Assembly: GCA_964626755.1 (NCBI GenBank) | Contig: CAZVGO010000050.1 | Coordinates: 203,960 to 267,959, forward strand | DNA length: 64,000 nucleotides | From: an uncultured Anaerolineaceae bacterium | GTDB lineage: Bacteria; Chloroflexota; Limnocylindria; Limnocylindrales; CSP1-4 | Reading direction: 5' to 3' | Shown: positions 25,527 to 35,138 of the stretch, piece after piece | How positions within the stretch are numbered: position 1 is the stretch's first letter | Layout: every line of letters starts with the position of its first letter | Notes under the pieces: model-generated | Told to the model about the DNA's origin: nothing | Database searches by the model: none | Seen by the model: only the letters and a program-made list of their open reading frames with translations | Position numbers and translations under genes: made by a program

Positions 25527-26423
25527 ATGCCGTTCCGCTCGACGTTCGACTGCCTGTGGTGCGGGACGGCCTGGTCGGTTCGCGGGCCCGACGATCTCGA
25601 GGGCTGGGCGCAGCTCTGCCCGACGTGCGTCGGCAAGGCCGGCGAGAACGGCTTCCTCCGATTCCGGTTGCGGGATGCGCTCGCCGAGCGGGGAGCGGCG
25701 AAGGCGCCCGTCGTCGACGATGCCGCGGTTGACGCGTCGGCCGACGGCGCCATCGACGTGGAGATGCGCGCGTACTACGCGGCGCGCGCGGGCGAATACG
25801 ACGACTGGTACCTCCGCCGCGGCCGCTACAGCCACGGCCCCGTCCACGACGCCGCGTGGAACGCGGAGCTCGACACGGCCGGCCGCTGGCTCGACGAACT
25901 GCCGTTCCGCGGATCGATCGTCGAGCTGGCCGCCGGGACCGGCTGGTGGTCGCCGCTGCTTGCCGGGAAGGGGGAGCTGTCGCTGTACGACGCGAACGAG
26001 GTACCCCTCGAGCGGGCACGCGAGAGGCTGGTCGCCCACCGGCTTCGCGCCCACCTCCATGTCCGTGACGCCTGGGCGGAGCCGGACCGCCAGGTCGAGG
26101 GGCTGTTCGCCGGCTTCTGGCTGAGCCATGTATCGCGTTCGCGGCTCGACGAGTTCCTCGCACTCGCCCGCCGCTGGCTCCTGCCCGCCGGCACGTTCGC
26201 CTTCATCGACTCGTTGCCGGATCCGCAGTCCGGTGCGGCCGACAACCCACCCCCCACCGGCGACGTCGCGGTCCGCCGGCTCGCCGACGGCCGGGAGTTC
26301 AGGGTCGTGAAGGTGTTCCACTCCCCCGACGAGCTCCGAGCCGCACTGCGCCGGACGGGCTTTGCCGAGGCGGAGGTGACAACGACCGGTCGGTTCTTCC
26401 TGCTCGGCCGGGCCACCGCCTGA
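25527..26423 (+). CDS. Class I SAM-dependent methyltransferase with N-terminal CxxC...CxxC zinc-ribbon
   Basis: FDCLWCG...CPTC, then VELAAGTGWW (motif I) and a Rossmann-like core. The upstream 134 aa of the ORF are rejected. Confidence 0.6.
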   Translation: MPFRSTFDCLWCGTAWSVRGPDDLEGWAQLCPTCVGKAGENGFLRFRLRDALAERGAAKAPVVDDAAVDASADGAIDVEMRAYYAARAGEYDDWYLRRGRYSHGPVHDAAWNAELDTAGRWLDELPFRGSIVELAAGTGWWSPLLAGKGELSLYDANEVPLERARERLVAHRLRAHLHVRDAWAEPDRQVEGLFAGFWLSHVSRSRLDEFLALARRWLLPAGTFAFIDSLPDPQSGAADNPPPTGDVAVRRLADGREFRVVKVFHSPDELRAALRRTGFAEAEVTTTGRFFLLGRATA

Positions 26424-26538
26424 CCGTCGCCTGCCCGCGCTTGGTCGGCGCTTGGGCCCCGACCACGGCCGTTCGGCGCGAATATCCACCGGGAACTGCC
26501 CCGGGAACGCCCGGATGCGCGGCTATACTCCCCCGGCC

Positions 26539-27408
26539 ATGTCACCCCTCGCGAGCCGCACCATCGCAACCGTGGGCTCGGGCGTCATGGCCGAGGCGAT
26601 GATCGCCGGCCTGCTCCGCGGCCAGCTCGTCGAGCCCGGCCAGGTCGTCGCGAGCCACCCGCGGGCCGAGCGCCGCGACCACCTTGCCCGGGAGTACAAG
26701 ATCCGCGCGGTCGCCGGCAATGCCGAGGCCGTCGAGGGAGCAGACGTCGTCCTGCTCGCGATCAAGCCCCAGATGCTCGCCAAGGTGGGCCGCGAGATCG
26801 GTCCGCACCTCCGGCGCGGCCAGCTCGTGCTGTCGGTGATTGCCGGGGCGACGAGCGCTGCGTTGACCGGGCTGCTGGGGCACGACCAGGTTGTCCGATC
26901 GATGCCGAACACGCCGGCACGGCTGGGCCGCGGCGTGACCGTCTGGTACGCGACCCCCGCGACGACGGCGGAGCAGCGGGCCCAGGCGGGCGCCCTCCTC
27001 GGCGCGCTCGGGATGGAGCTCGAGGTCGACGACGAAAAGCTCGTCGCGATGGCCACTGCGGTCAGCGGGACGGGTCCCACGTACGTCTTCCTCGTGATGG
27101 AGGCGCTCATCGACGCCGCCGTCCACCTCGGGTTCCCCCGCCACATCGCGCACGATCTCGTCATCGAGACAGTCGAGGGCAGCACCGTCTTCGCCAAGCA
27201 GTCCGGGCTGCACCCGGCCGAGCTGCGGAACATGGTGACTTCGCCCGGCGGAACAAGCGCCGCGGCGCTCCACGAGCTCGAGTCGGGGCGGCTCCGGACG
27301 GTCCTGTCCGAGGCGGTCTGGGCCGCGTACCGGCGAACCGTCGAGCTCGGCGAGCAGCTCGAGGCGGATGTGCAGCCGCCGCCTGGCAAGGGCGGTCGGC
27401 GCGCGTGA
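26539..27408 (+). CDS. proC: Pyrroline-5-carboxylate reductase
   Basis: IATVGSGVMAEAMIAGL (NADP-binding), LLAIKPQ, and C-terminal SPGGTSAAALHELE. Confidence 0.85.
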   Translation: MSPLASRTIATVGSGVMAEAMIAGLLRGQLVEPGQVVASHPRAERRDHLAREYKIRAVAGNAEAVEGADVVLLAIKPQMLAKVGREIGPHLRRGQLVLSVIAGATSAALTGLLGHDQVVRSMPNTPARLGRGVTVWYATPATTAEQRAQAGALLGALGMELEVDDEKLVAMATAVSGTGPTYVFLVMEALIDAAVHLGFPRHIAHDLVIETVEGSTVFAKQSGLHPAELRNMVTSPGGTSAAALHELESGRLRTVLSEAVWAAYRRTVELGEQLEADVQPPPGKGGRRA

Positions 27409-27693
27409 CGGCCGGCCCCAGTCCGGTCCGATGACCGCGGGGATAGCCGTCGGCGTCGACCTCCGGCGATCTCCGCTGGCCGGAGCCCAGGGCCGGTTCG
27501 ACGCCGGCCGGAGGCGCCTCGTGGCTGCGACCCGAGCTCTCGCTCCTGCGGATCTCGCCTCGGCCGGGGGCGGCGCCTGGGTCTACGAGTGTCTCCATGG
27601 GCACGTCCGGGCGCACCTAGCCATGGTCGGGCCGTGGTGTGCGCGGACCGGCTGGCCCGGAACGTGCGAGGACCGCGGCGAGGAGCCCGGCTG

Positions 27694-29835
27694 ATGGCGG
27701 CCCGACCGAAGCGGGTGAAACCTGCCGCCTCCGATCCCTCCGCGGAGGAGGCGGTCGGCGGGCAGGACGCCGAGGCCCCGAAGCCGGAGCAGCTCGCGGA
27801 CGTGGCCGAGCCCTCCGGCGGCGAGCGCCCCCGCCGGCGCCGCGGCCGGCCCCCGGGATCTACTGGCGCGACGAACGGGGCGCGTACCGGCCGCTCGGCA
27901 AAGGACGGGCTGACCGTCGAGCAGATCGTGGCGCTCGATTCGCCACGCGAGTTCCGGCTCCACCCGCGAGACCGCTCCGTGGCGTACACGCTCGAGGCGG
28001 CCGGAGCCCGTCAGCTGTTCGTCCTGCCCCTCCGCGGCGGCTACCCGGTCCAGCTGACGGCGTCTGAGAAGCCCATCACCGATCCGCAGTGGTCGCCCGA
28101 CGGCCGCCGGCTCGCCTACGTCCGCGACGACACGATCTGGATCGTCGAGACCGACGGGTCGCGCCAGGCTCAGGTCGCCGCCCACCCGGCGGGCACGAAC
28201 ACGCCGCGCTGGGCGCCCGACGGCCGGCGCCTCGCGTTCATCTCGCGCCGGCGGGGCTGGGCACAGGTGTGGATCGTCGACGCACCCGTTCCGCGGCGCG
28301 GACGGCCGTCGGCCAACCCCAAGCCGCCGGAGCCGCGGGCCGTCACCCGGAGCGGCATCGACGTCGAGTCGTTCGAGTGGGCCCCCGACGGCGGCCGGCT
28401 CGCCGTGATGGCCTACCTCGCCAACGATCCCGATACCTCGCAGATCGCCTTCGTCGACGTCGCAACCGGCACGGAGCAGGTGATCGCAGGGAGTCGTTCG
28501 TGGGACACGGCCGGCCATTTCATGCCGGACGGCGGCCTGCTCTACGCATCTGACGCGGACGGCTGGTTCCAGGTTCTCCGCCGGTCACCGGACGGGCGGA
28601 GCCGGACGGTCCTGACGAGCGGCCAGCGCGAGCACGGCGAGCCATCCGGCGCCTTCGGGTTCGTCCCGCTGCCGTCCGCCGACGGCTCGCGGCTCACGTA
28701 TCCGGAGTTCCGCGACGGGTTTGTCGACCTGCTGGTCGCGCCGATGGGCGGGGCGGCCCCGAAGCGTGGGCGCGGCCGTCCGCCGAAGAACCCCCGTCCC
28801 ATCGAGGACGCGGCAGCGGGCCGGAAGGTCAACCCGTGGGACGGCGTGTGGCGGGCGGTCGGCTGGCTGACGGACGGGGCGTGGGTGGCCGCGATCGGCG
28901 AGGGCGAGTCACGTCCGCAGGACCTCTGGCTCCTCCCGGTGCCGGGCGTCGCGCCGGACGGGTCGCGACCGCGCCAGGTGACCGACTCGATGCCGGCGGT
29001 CGTGGCCGCGGCGTTCATTCCCGGCCGCGCGAGCGCCGGCGAGCGGATCGTGTTCAAGGCCCGCGACGGGCTGCGGATCGAGGGGACGCTCTGGCGGCCG
29101 GCCCGGGCGACCGGGAAGCGTGGCGGCGAGCGCGTGCCGGTGATCGTCCATCCGCATGGCGGCCCGACGTCGCAGGCGCTCCGGTCGTGGACACCGTTCA
29201 AGCAGCTGGTCGTCCGGGAGGGGTTCGCGTTCCTCGATGTTGACTTCCGCGGCTCCACCGGCTACGGCCGCAAGTTCCGCCTCGCGAACCAACGCGAGTG
29301 GGGCCACGCCGACGCCCACGACATGATCGATGCGGCCCGCTGGGCCGCGGAGCAGCCGTGGTCCGACGGCCGGCTGGCGATCTACGGCGGGTCGTACGGC
29401 GGCTACCTGACGCTCTGCGCGCTCGTCGAGGAGCCCTCGATCTGGCGGGCAGGGGTCGACCTGTACGGCGACTCGGAGATCGCCGAGAGCTACCGCCACG
29501 GCGACCGGCTCGGTCGGGTCGACCTCCACCGGATGATGGGCTCACCCGACGCGCCGGACCGGGCCAAGCTCTACCGCCGCGGGTCGCCCGTCTACCGGGC
29601 CGAGCAGATCGAGGCCCCGGTGCTCCTCCTCCACGGCCGGAAGGACAAGCGGGTCGTGCCGCTCATGACCGAGCGGATGGTCGAGGCGCTCGAGATCGAG
29701 GGCAAGCACCACGAGGTCCATTGGTACGACGACGAGGGCCACGGCTGGGAGCGCCGGGAGAACCGGCGCGACGCCTACACCCGGATCCTCGCCTTCCTGA
29801 AGCGCCACGTCATGGACGAGACGCCGCCGACCTGA
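27694..29835 (+). CDS. S9 family serine peptidase (beta-propeller plus alpha/beta hydrolase; acylaminoacyl-peptidase/DPP-like)
   Basis: N-terminal TolB-like propeller repeats (WSPDGRRLAY, WAPDGRRLAF) and a C-terminal GGSYGGYL nucleophile elbow with HGRKDKRV. The start is uncertain (27589 or 27694). Confidence 0.8.
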   Translation: MAARPKRVKPAASDPSAEEAVGGQDAEAPKPEQLADVAEPSGGERPRRRRGRPPGSTGATNGARTGRSAKDGLTVEQIVALDSPREFRLHPRDRSVAYTLEAAGARQLFVLPLRGGYPVQLTASEKPITDPQWSPDGRRLAYVRDDTIWIVETDGSRQAQVAAHPAGTNTPRWAPDGRRLAFISRRRGWAQVWIVDAPVPRRGRPSANPKPPEPRAVTRSGIDVESFEWAPDGGRLAVMAYLANDPDTSQIAFVDVATGTEQVIAGSRSWDTAGHFMPDGGLLYASDADGWFQVLRRSPDGRSRTVLTSGQREHGEPSGAFGFVPLPSADGSRLTYPEFRDGFVDLLVAPMGGAAPKRGRGRPPKNPRPIEDAAAGRKVNPWDGVWRAVGWLTDGAWVAAIGEGESRPQDLWLLPVPGVAPDGSRPRQVTDSMPAVVAAAFIPGRASAGERIVFKARDGLRIEGTLWRPARATGKRGGERVPVIVHPHGGPTSQALRSWTPFKQLVVREGFAFLDVDFRGSTGYGRKFRLANQREWGHADAHDMIDAARWAAEQPWSDGRLAIYGGSYGGYLTLCALVEEPSIWRAGVDLYGDSEIAESYRHGDRLGRVDLHRMMGSPDAPDRAKLYRRGSPVYRAEQIEAPVLLLHGRKDKRVVPLMTERMVEALEIEGKHHEVHWYDDEGHGWERRENRRDAYTRILAFLKRHVMDETPPT

Positions 29836-29847
29836 CCGGGAATCGAA

Positions 29848-29876
29848 TGAGCCGTCCGGTCAGGACGGCTCATCGG
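29848..29876. terminator. Perfect 11-bp inverted repeat hairpin (atgagccgtcc-ggtca-ggacggctcat) downstream of the S9 peptidase
   Basis: The palindrome sits 13 nt after the stop at 29835. There is no U-tract, so it may act as a factor-dependent or structural terminator. Confidence 0.45.
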
Positions 29877-30124
29877 TCGATCGTCCGGCCGCGACGGGCC
29901 GGGGTGCTTCGTCGGTCAGCCGACCCAGCGCCGGCCTGCTTCGAGCGCCAGGCCGGAGGCGGCCAGGGCGCCGAGCGCGAGCAGGACGCGGACCGCCTGC
30001 AGCTTCAGCATCTTCATTCCGGATTCCCTTCGGATTCGGCCTCTCGAGGGAGGCTCCCTCGTGCGAGCACGCTATCCCGGCACTCGGGTGGGCGGGTATG
30101 ACCCATCGGTACCCGCCCCACGGG

Positions 30125-30715
30125 TCAGTCGGGGGAGTGAGCGCCGGGGGCCGGCGTAGGACCTTTGGTCATCGCCGTCCCCGCGGTCTCCCCGGCCGGC
30201 CGGGCCATGCCGGCCGCGATCGCGACGACGATCCCGGCGCCGATCAGGACGTCGCCGATGCTGAACACGTTCGCGAACGGCATCCAGTCGGGCATCGCGA
30301 AGACGTCCGTGAGGGGCCCGAGCACCGCCCGGTTGGTCACGATGCTGTTCGAAAAGCCGGTCGCCGGGTCCAGTCCCGCGAACGCCAGGGCGGCCGCGTC
30401 TGCCGGCATGTAGCCGCCGTTGGCGACGATCGCCAGCAGGTTGGAGATGGCCCCCACGGCAATCAGCTTGAGACCCGGCAGCCGCCAGTTCCGGAGCACA
30501 GCCGCGAGCACGACGAGCGACGAGGCGACGTACAGAATCGGGCCGGCCCCCCCGACCGCGGCCCCGACGGGCTCGCTGAACAGGACGACCTGGGCGGCCA
30601 GGCCGGCGAGCGCGAGCCAGGCCCACTCGAACCGCAGCTCGGCCAGGTTGGCCACGCGCCCGCCCCGGACGAGCCCGACGATGATCCCGAGCGGGATCGC
30701 GTAGAGGATGAACAC
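30125..30715 (-). CDS. Hypothetical polytopic membrane protein
   Basis: The C-terminal 196 aa of the 335-aa ORF are strongly hydrophobic with 5-6 TM helices. GTG start at VFILYAIP. Confidence 0.45.
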   Translation of the reverse strand: MFILYAIPLGIIVGLVRGGRVANLAELRFEWAWLALAGLAAQVVLFSEPVGAAVGGAGPILYVASSLVVLAAVLRNWRLPGLKLIAVGAISNLLAIVANGGYMPADAAALAFAGLDPATGFSNSIVTNRAVLGPLTDVFAMPDWMPFANVFSIGDVLIGAGIVVAIAAGMARPAGETAGTAMTKGPTPAPGAHSPD

Positions 30716-30717
30716 CC

Positions 30718-31212
30718 TCAGCCGCCCCGGGCGTCGAGGATCGCGGCGATCTGGGCCACGTGCTCCTCGAGGTGAGCGGCCACGAAACGTTCCGCCGACT
30801 GGCTGACCGTCAGGACGCCCCGGGTCGGGTGGACGCCGGTTCGCTCGGTCTCCGCCGGCGACAACTCGCGGAGCCGGCGCGTCAGGCGGCCCGCGTCCGC
30901 CTCGATCCGATCGAACAGCTCGCGCAGCGGCAGGCTTCGGTCGCGCTCGATGACCCCGATCCGGAGCTCGTTGTCGGCCACCCGGCCGAAGGGGGCAGGC
31001 TGGTCCTGCCCGGCGAGGATCCGCTCGATCTCGCCGAGCCAGAAGGGCAGCATCTCGGTGACGTGGGCCAGCGTCTCCCGAGGCCCCCAGCTCGCCTCCG
31101 GCTCGGTCCCGAACCGCTCGCTGAGTGGCCACGGCTCGCCGGCCTCGACCCGGGCCCGCTGGCCCGCGAGGCCCTCAGCCGCCCCGTCGATCCGCCCAAT
31201 CAGCTCGTCCAT
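30718..31212 (-). CDS. DinB_2 / maleylpyruvate-isomerase-N-terminal-domain family protein (metal-dependent, mycothiol-type)
   Basis: 164 aa with a WGPRETLAHVTEM...HLEEH four-helix-bundle-type signature. Divergent from hppD. Confidence 0.5.
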   Translation of the reverse strand: MDELIGRIDGAAEGLAGQRARVEAGEPWPLSERFGTEPEASWGPRETLAHVTEMLPFWLGEIERILAGQDQPAPFGRVADNELRIGVIERDRSLPLRELFDRIEADAGRLTRRLRELSPAETERTGVHPTRGVLTVSQSAERFVAAHLEEHVAQIAAILDARGG

Positions 31213-31308
31213 GGGCCCCAGTTTCCCACCCCGGACGGCCGTCTGGATTGGGCAACAGGTTTACGATGAGGGCCATTTCGTTCCGAGTCACGCAGCGGAG
31301 CAAGACCG

Positions 31309-32490
31309 ATGACCGACACTGCCGCCCGACCGGCGGGCACGCCCGCCGCGAACCAGGCTGGCGCCCGCGTCAACCAGGACGCCTACGCGGAAGCCAAGGA
31401 CTTCCTGCCGCTCAACGGCATCGACCACGTCGAGTTCTGGGTCGGCAACGCCCGGCAGGCCTCGGCGTACTACCGCGCCCTTTGGGGCTTCACCCCGGTT
31501 GCCTTCTCCGGGCTCGAGACCGGCGTCCGGGACCGGGCGAGCTACGTCATGCGCCAGAACGACATCACGTTCGTGTTCACGGCGCCACTCACGCCCGATG
31601 GGGAGATCGCCGAGCACGTCCGCGAGCACGGTGACGGGGTCCACGACATCGCCTTCGCCGTCGACGATGTCGAGTCGGCGTTCCGGGAGACGACGAGTCG
31701 CGGCGCCCATCCCGCCCAGGAGCCGGCCGAGCTCGACGGCGGCGAGGACGGAATCCTCCGCCGCGGTGCCGTCGGCACGTACGGCGAGACGCTCCACTCG
31801 TTCGTCGATCGGCGCGACTACCACGGCGCGTTCGCCCCCGGGTACCGGAAGGTGAAGAAGCCGGCCAGGGCCGCCGGCGGCCTGTCGCTCCTCGAGGTCG
31901 ATCACTGCGTCGGCAACGTGGCCCTCGGCGAGATGAACAAATTCGTTGACTTCTACCGCGACGTGTTCGGGTTCAGCCAGCTCATCCATTACGACGACAA
32001 AGTCATCCACACCGAGTACTCCGCGCTCATGTCGAAGGTCATGACCAACGGCAACGGCCGGATCAAGTTCCCGATCAACGAGCCCGCGACCGCGAAGAAG
32101 AAGAGCCAGATCCAGGAGTACCTCGACTGGTACCGCTCGCCGGGCTGCCAGCACATCGCGCTCCGGACGGAGAAGATCGTCGAGACTGTCGGCCGGCTGC
32201 GCGAGAACGGGGTCGAGTTCCTCGGCCTGCCGCACGAGTATTACGCGACGCTCGCGGACCGGGTGGGCGATGTCGGCGTGCCGATCGATACGCTCGAGGA
32301 GCTCGGGATCGAGGCCGACCGGGACGAGGAGGGCTACCTCCTCCAGATCTTCACGCGCCCCGTCCAGGACCGCCCGACGTTCTTCTTCGAGATCATCGAA
32401 CGGCACGGCTCGCGCGGCTTCGGGGTCGGTAACTTCAAGGCGCTGTTCGAGGCGATCGAGCGGGAGCAGGCGAAGCGCGGGAACCTCTGA
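31309..32490 (+). CDS. hppD: 4-hydroxyphenylpyruvate dioxygenase
   Basis: Two VOC modules, IDHVEFWV, HIALRT, and the C-terminal FFFEIIERHGSRGFGVGNFKALFEAIE signature. Confidence 0.9.
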   Translation: MTDTAARPAGTPAANQAGARVNQDAYAEAKDFLPLNGIDHVEFWVGNARQASAYYRALWGFTPVAFSGLETGVRDRASYVMRQNDITFVFTAPLTPDGEIAEHVREHGDGVHDIAFAVDDVESAFRETTSRGAHPAQEPAELDGGEDGILRRGAVGTYGETLHSFVDRRDYHGAFAPGYRKVKKPARAAGGLSLLEVDHCVGNVALGEMNKFVDFYRDVFGFSQLIHYDDKVIHTEYSALMSKVMTNGNGRIKFPINEPATAKKKSQIQEYLDWYRSPGCQHIALRTEKIVETVGRLRENGVEFLGLPHEYYATLADRVGDVGVPIDTLEELGIEADRDEEGYLLQIFTRPVQDRPTFFFEIIERHGSRGFGVGNFKALFEAIEREQAKRGNL

Positions 32491-32566
32491 GCTCTGTTAC
32501 GGCCGCTTCCTTCGCTAACTCCAAACCCTGTGCCAGTACGCAGGGTGGCGCGGCCACTCTCTCACC

Positions 32567-33040
32567 GTGCATCACGTCACCGACACCCCGGCGCCGGCGC
32601 CTTCACTGAACCGGCTCGCGGCATCGGCTACGACCCACTGCCTCACGGGCTGCGCGATCGGAGAGGTTCTCGGTCTCGTCGTCGCGTCCGCCCTCGGCTG
32701 GCCGGTCGCGGCCTCGATCGCCCTTGCTATCGTCCTGGCGTTCGCCTTCGGGTATTTGCTGACGCTGCGGCCGCTCGTCGTCGGCGGGCTCGCCCTCGGC
32801 GACGCCGCACGCCTCGCGTTTGCCGCCGACACGCTCTCGATCACAGTGATCGAGATCACAGACAACGCGGTGATCCTGGCGGTTCCGGGAGCGATGGACG
32901 CGGGCCTCGAGGCACCACTGTTCTGGGGTGCGCTCGCCTTCTCGTTGCTGATTGCCTGGATCGTGGCGTTCCCCGTAAACCGCTGGCTGATCGCCCGAGG
33001 CCGCGGCCACGCCGTCGTGCATGGCCGCGGCCATCAGTGA
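32567..33040 (+). CDS. Small membrane protein with HCLTGCAIGE motif (DUF4396-like)
   Basis: Four hydrophobic helices and a conserved Cys pair near the N-terminus. The family assignment is from memory. Confidence 0.4.
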   Translation: MHHVTDTPAPAPSLNRLAASATTHCLTGCAIGEVLGLVVASALGWPVAASIALAIVLAFAFGYLLTLRPLVVGGLALGDAARLAFAADTLSITVIEITDNAVILAVPGAMDAGLEAPLFWGALAFSLLIAWIVAFPVNRWLIARGRGHAVVHGRGHQ

Positions 33041-33058
33041 GCCGGTCCCCGGGCGCGG

Positions 33059-33874
33059 CTATTGAGCCCCGACGAACTCGAGGGTGGCGAGCAGCCGATC
33101 GAGGGACGCAACGGCGGCGTCGAATTTGTCCGGCGTCGCGGCGACCACCACGTTGATGCCCTGTCCCGGGCCCGTCCGGACCTCGACGAATCGCCAGCGC
33201 TCCGGGAACGGCTGCCGATCCCACGAGCCCCCGCTCCAGCGAAATACCCTGTCCGGAGGGCCCGGATCCACGTCCATGTCGATGACGGTTGCCGGGTATC
33301 CTCCGACAGTCGTCGACCGTGGCTGCCCTACCGTGAGGAAGGTCTTGGTCCGCAGCCAGGCCACAAGATCCGCTGGCCAGGGCTCGGGTGGGTCTGCGAC
33401 TCCCGCGCCGGAGACTTGCAACGACGCAATGCTTCCGACACCTCCGACGTACGGATAACTCCACCCGATCCCGTCGTTGACGTCGAAGTCCAAACGGAAG
33501 CCGTCAACGAGCAGGAAGGAAATCGGGACCTCCATCGCCTTGGACGTGTAGACGATCTCCGTCGGCGCCGGTGATGGCGGTGTCGTGTCCGGAACCGGGG
33601 ATGGGGAAGCCGTGGGAGTGCCGATCCCGGAATCGGTCGGTCGGCCGGCAATGGCCAGGGCAACGACCGCAACGAGGATGACGGCTGCCGCGGCGGCAAT
33701 CATGCGCTGCGTGGTGTTCACGTGGATGTCCTTCCAGTTGAGGCGCCACGCGGGTCGCTGAGGCTGTCGCCCGATCCGGTCCGCGACCACGTCGATGACG
33801 CGATCGGGGACCTCCGTCGGACCGTCGGCGAACCAGCGGTCGAGGAGTCGTTCGATGTCGCGATCGGGCTTCAT
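33059..33874 (-). CDS. Anti-sigma factor-like single-pass membrane protein
   Basis: Cytoplasmic N-terminus, a TM helix (MIAAAAAVILVAVVALAIAG), a Pro/Thr-rich linker and an extracytoplasmic domain. Its start overlaps the stop of the ECF sigma gene. Confidence 0.55.
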   Translation of the reverse strand: MKPDRDIERLLDRWFADGPTEVPDRVIDVVADRIGRQPQRPAWRLNWKDIHVNTTQRMIAAAAAVILVAVVALAIAGRPTDSGIGTPTASPSPVPDTTPPSPAPTEIVYTSKAMEVPISFLLVDGFRLDFDVNDGIGWSYPYVGGVGSIASLQVSGAGVADPPEPWPADLVAWLRTKTFLTVGQPRSTTVGGYPATVIDMDVDPGPPDRVFRWSGGSWDRQPFPERWRFVEVRTGPGQGINVVVAATPDKFDAAVASLDRLLATLEFVGAQ

Positions 33875-34497
33875 GCCGAACGACCTCCCGGGATGGCAAC
33901 TCGGGCGTCCGCCTCGAGGGCGGCCCGCATGGCGCGATGGGCGTGATGGAGTCGAGAGCGGGCGGTGCCCGCGGGAATGCCGAGCGTCTCGGCGATCTCG
34001 GCCGGGGCGAGGCCCACGAAGTGATGGAGCACGAGGATGGCCCGCTGTTCGGGCGGGAGCCGCCGGAAGCCACGCTCCAGCTGGTCCCGGTCGGCGATCG
34101 TGAGCAGTTCGTCCGGCGCGGCCGGCCCGTCGACCGGCAGCACGCGGAGGTTCATGACCCGACGTCGCTCGCGCGTCGCCTGGGAGATGCAGACGTTGAC
34201 CAGGAGGCGGTGCAGCCATGCGTCGAATCGGTCCGGATCGCGGAGTCCCTTCAGGTCGCGCCAGGCGATCACCAGTGCGTCCTGGAGGGCATCCTCGGCC
34301 CGATCGGCATCGCGGAGGATCCGCTGTGCGATTGCGAAGAGCCTGTCACTTCGAACGCGGATCAGGTCGACGTATGCCTCCCGATCCCCGTTTCGCGCAG
34401 AGTCGACGAGATCGCGATCCACCTGCTCTGCCCCTCGTGCGCCCAGCGGGGGGCGCCGTCCAACCCTAATGGTGGGACGCCGGCCGGCAGCGTTCAT
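33871..34497 (-). CDS. ECF-type RNA polymerase sigma-70 factor
   Basis: Region 2 (DALQDALVIAWRDL) and region 4 HTH (ILVLHHFVGLAPAEIAETLGIPAGTARSRL). The true start is probably an internal GTG near 34425. Confidence 0.75.
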   Translation of the reverse strand: MNAAGRRPTIRVGRRPPLGARGAEQVDRDLVDSARNGDREAYVDLIRVRSDRLFAIAQRILRDADRAEDALQDALVIAWRDLKGLRDPDRFDAWLHRLLVNVCISQATRERRRVMNLRVLPVDGPAAPDELLTIADRDQLERGFRRLPPEQRAILVLHHFVGLAPAEIAETLGIPAGTARSRLHHAHRAMRAALEADARVAIPGGRSA

Positions 34498-34553
34498 TCA
34501 TTACAAAGAGGGCTGGACCCTGCGGCTAGACTCGCGGCGGGAAGGAGGGTGCG

Positions 34554-35048
34554 ATGGAGTGGTACCCGTGGGTCGTGTTCGTCCACGTGGCGGCGTCATT
34601 CCTGTTCTTCATGGGCCACGGAGCCTCGATGTGGGTGTCCGACCAGGTCCGCCGGGAGCGTGACCCGGTGCGGATCCGGTCGCTGCTCGAGCTGTCCAGC
34701 CGCAGCCTGGGGCTCGTCTACGCATCGCTCGTGGTCCTTCTCGTTGCGGGGATCGCGGCCGGAATCATGGGCGGGCACTTCGGCCGGGGGTGGATCTGGG
34801 CGGCGATCGTCGTCCTCGTCGCTCTCATCGTGCTGATGTACGTGCTCGCGTCGCGCTACTACGGGCGCGTCCGCGAAGCCGTCGGGATCCGCTCGTACCT
34901 GACGCCGAAGGGCGCCCCTGACCCCACGCCGGCCGCCCCACAGGAGCTCGCCGCCCTGCTCGATTCGCGGCGGTCGGACGTCATCGGGCTCGTCGGGATC
35001 CTCGGGCTCCTGGTCATCCTCTGGCTGATGTACTTCAAGCCGTTCTGA
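34554..35048 (+). CDS. Hypothetical 4-TM membrane protein (possibly DUF2269-like)
   Basis: Four hydrophobic helices. Divergent from the sigma factor gene. Confidence 0.4.
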   Translation: MEWYPWVVFVHVAASFLFFMGHGASMWVSDQVRRERDPVRIRSLLELSSRSLGLVYASLVVLLVAGIAAGIMGGHFGRGWIWAAIVVLVALIVLMYVLASRYYGRVREAVGIRSYLTPKGAPDPTPAAPQELAALLDSRRSDVIGLVGILGLLVILWLMYFKPF

Positions 35049-35138
35049 CGGGCACCGAGAAACCGGGGCGCTGATCCGGGCGTATCGATGGGTGTCGCCA
35101 CGCGACACACACCCCCGATTTGCCAGAGGAGATTCACC

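Noticed and set aside
27368-27694. 108-aa ORF upstream of the S9 peptidase (MCSRRLARAVGARDG...)
   Set aside because: Mostly low-complexity Arg/Ala/Gly, with no RBS or motif. More likely 5' UTR or promoter region of the peptidase gene, or an alternative in-frame N-terminal extension.
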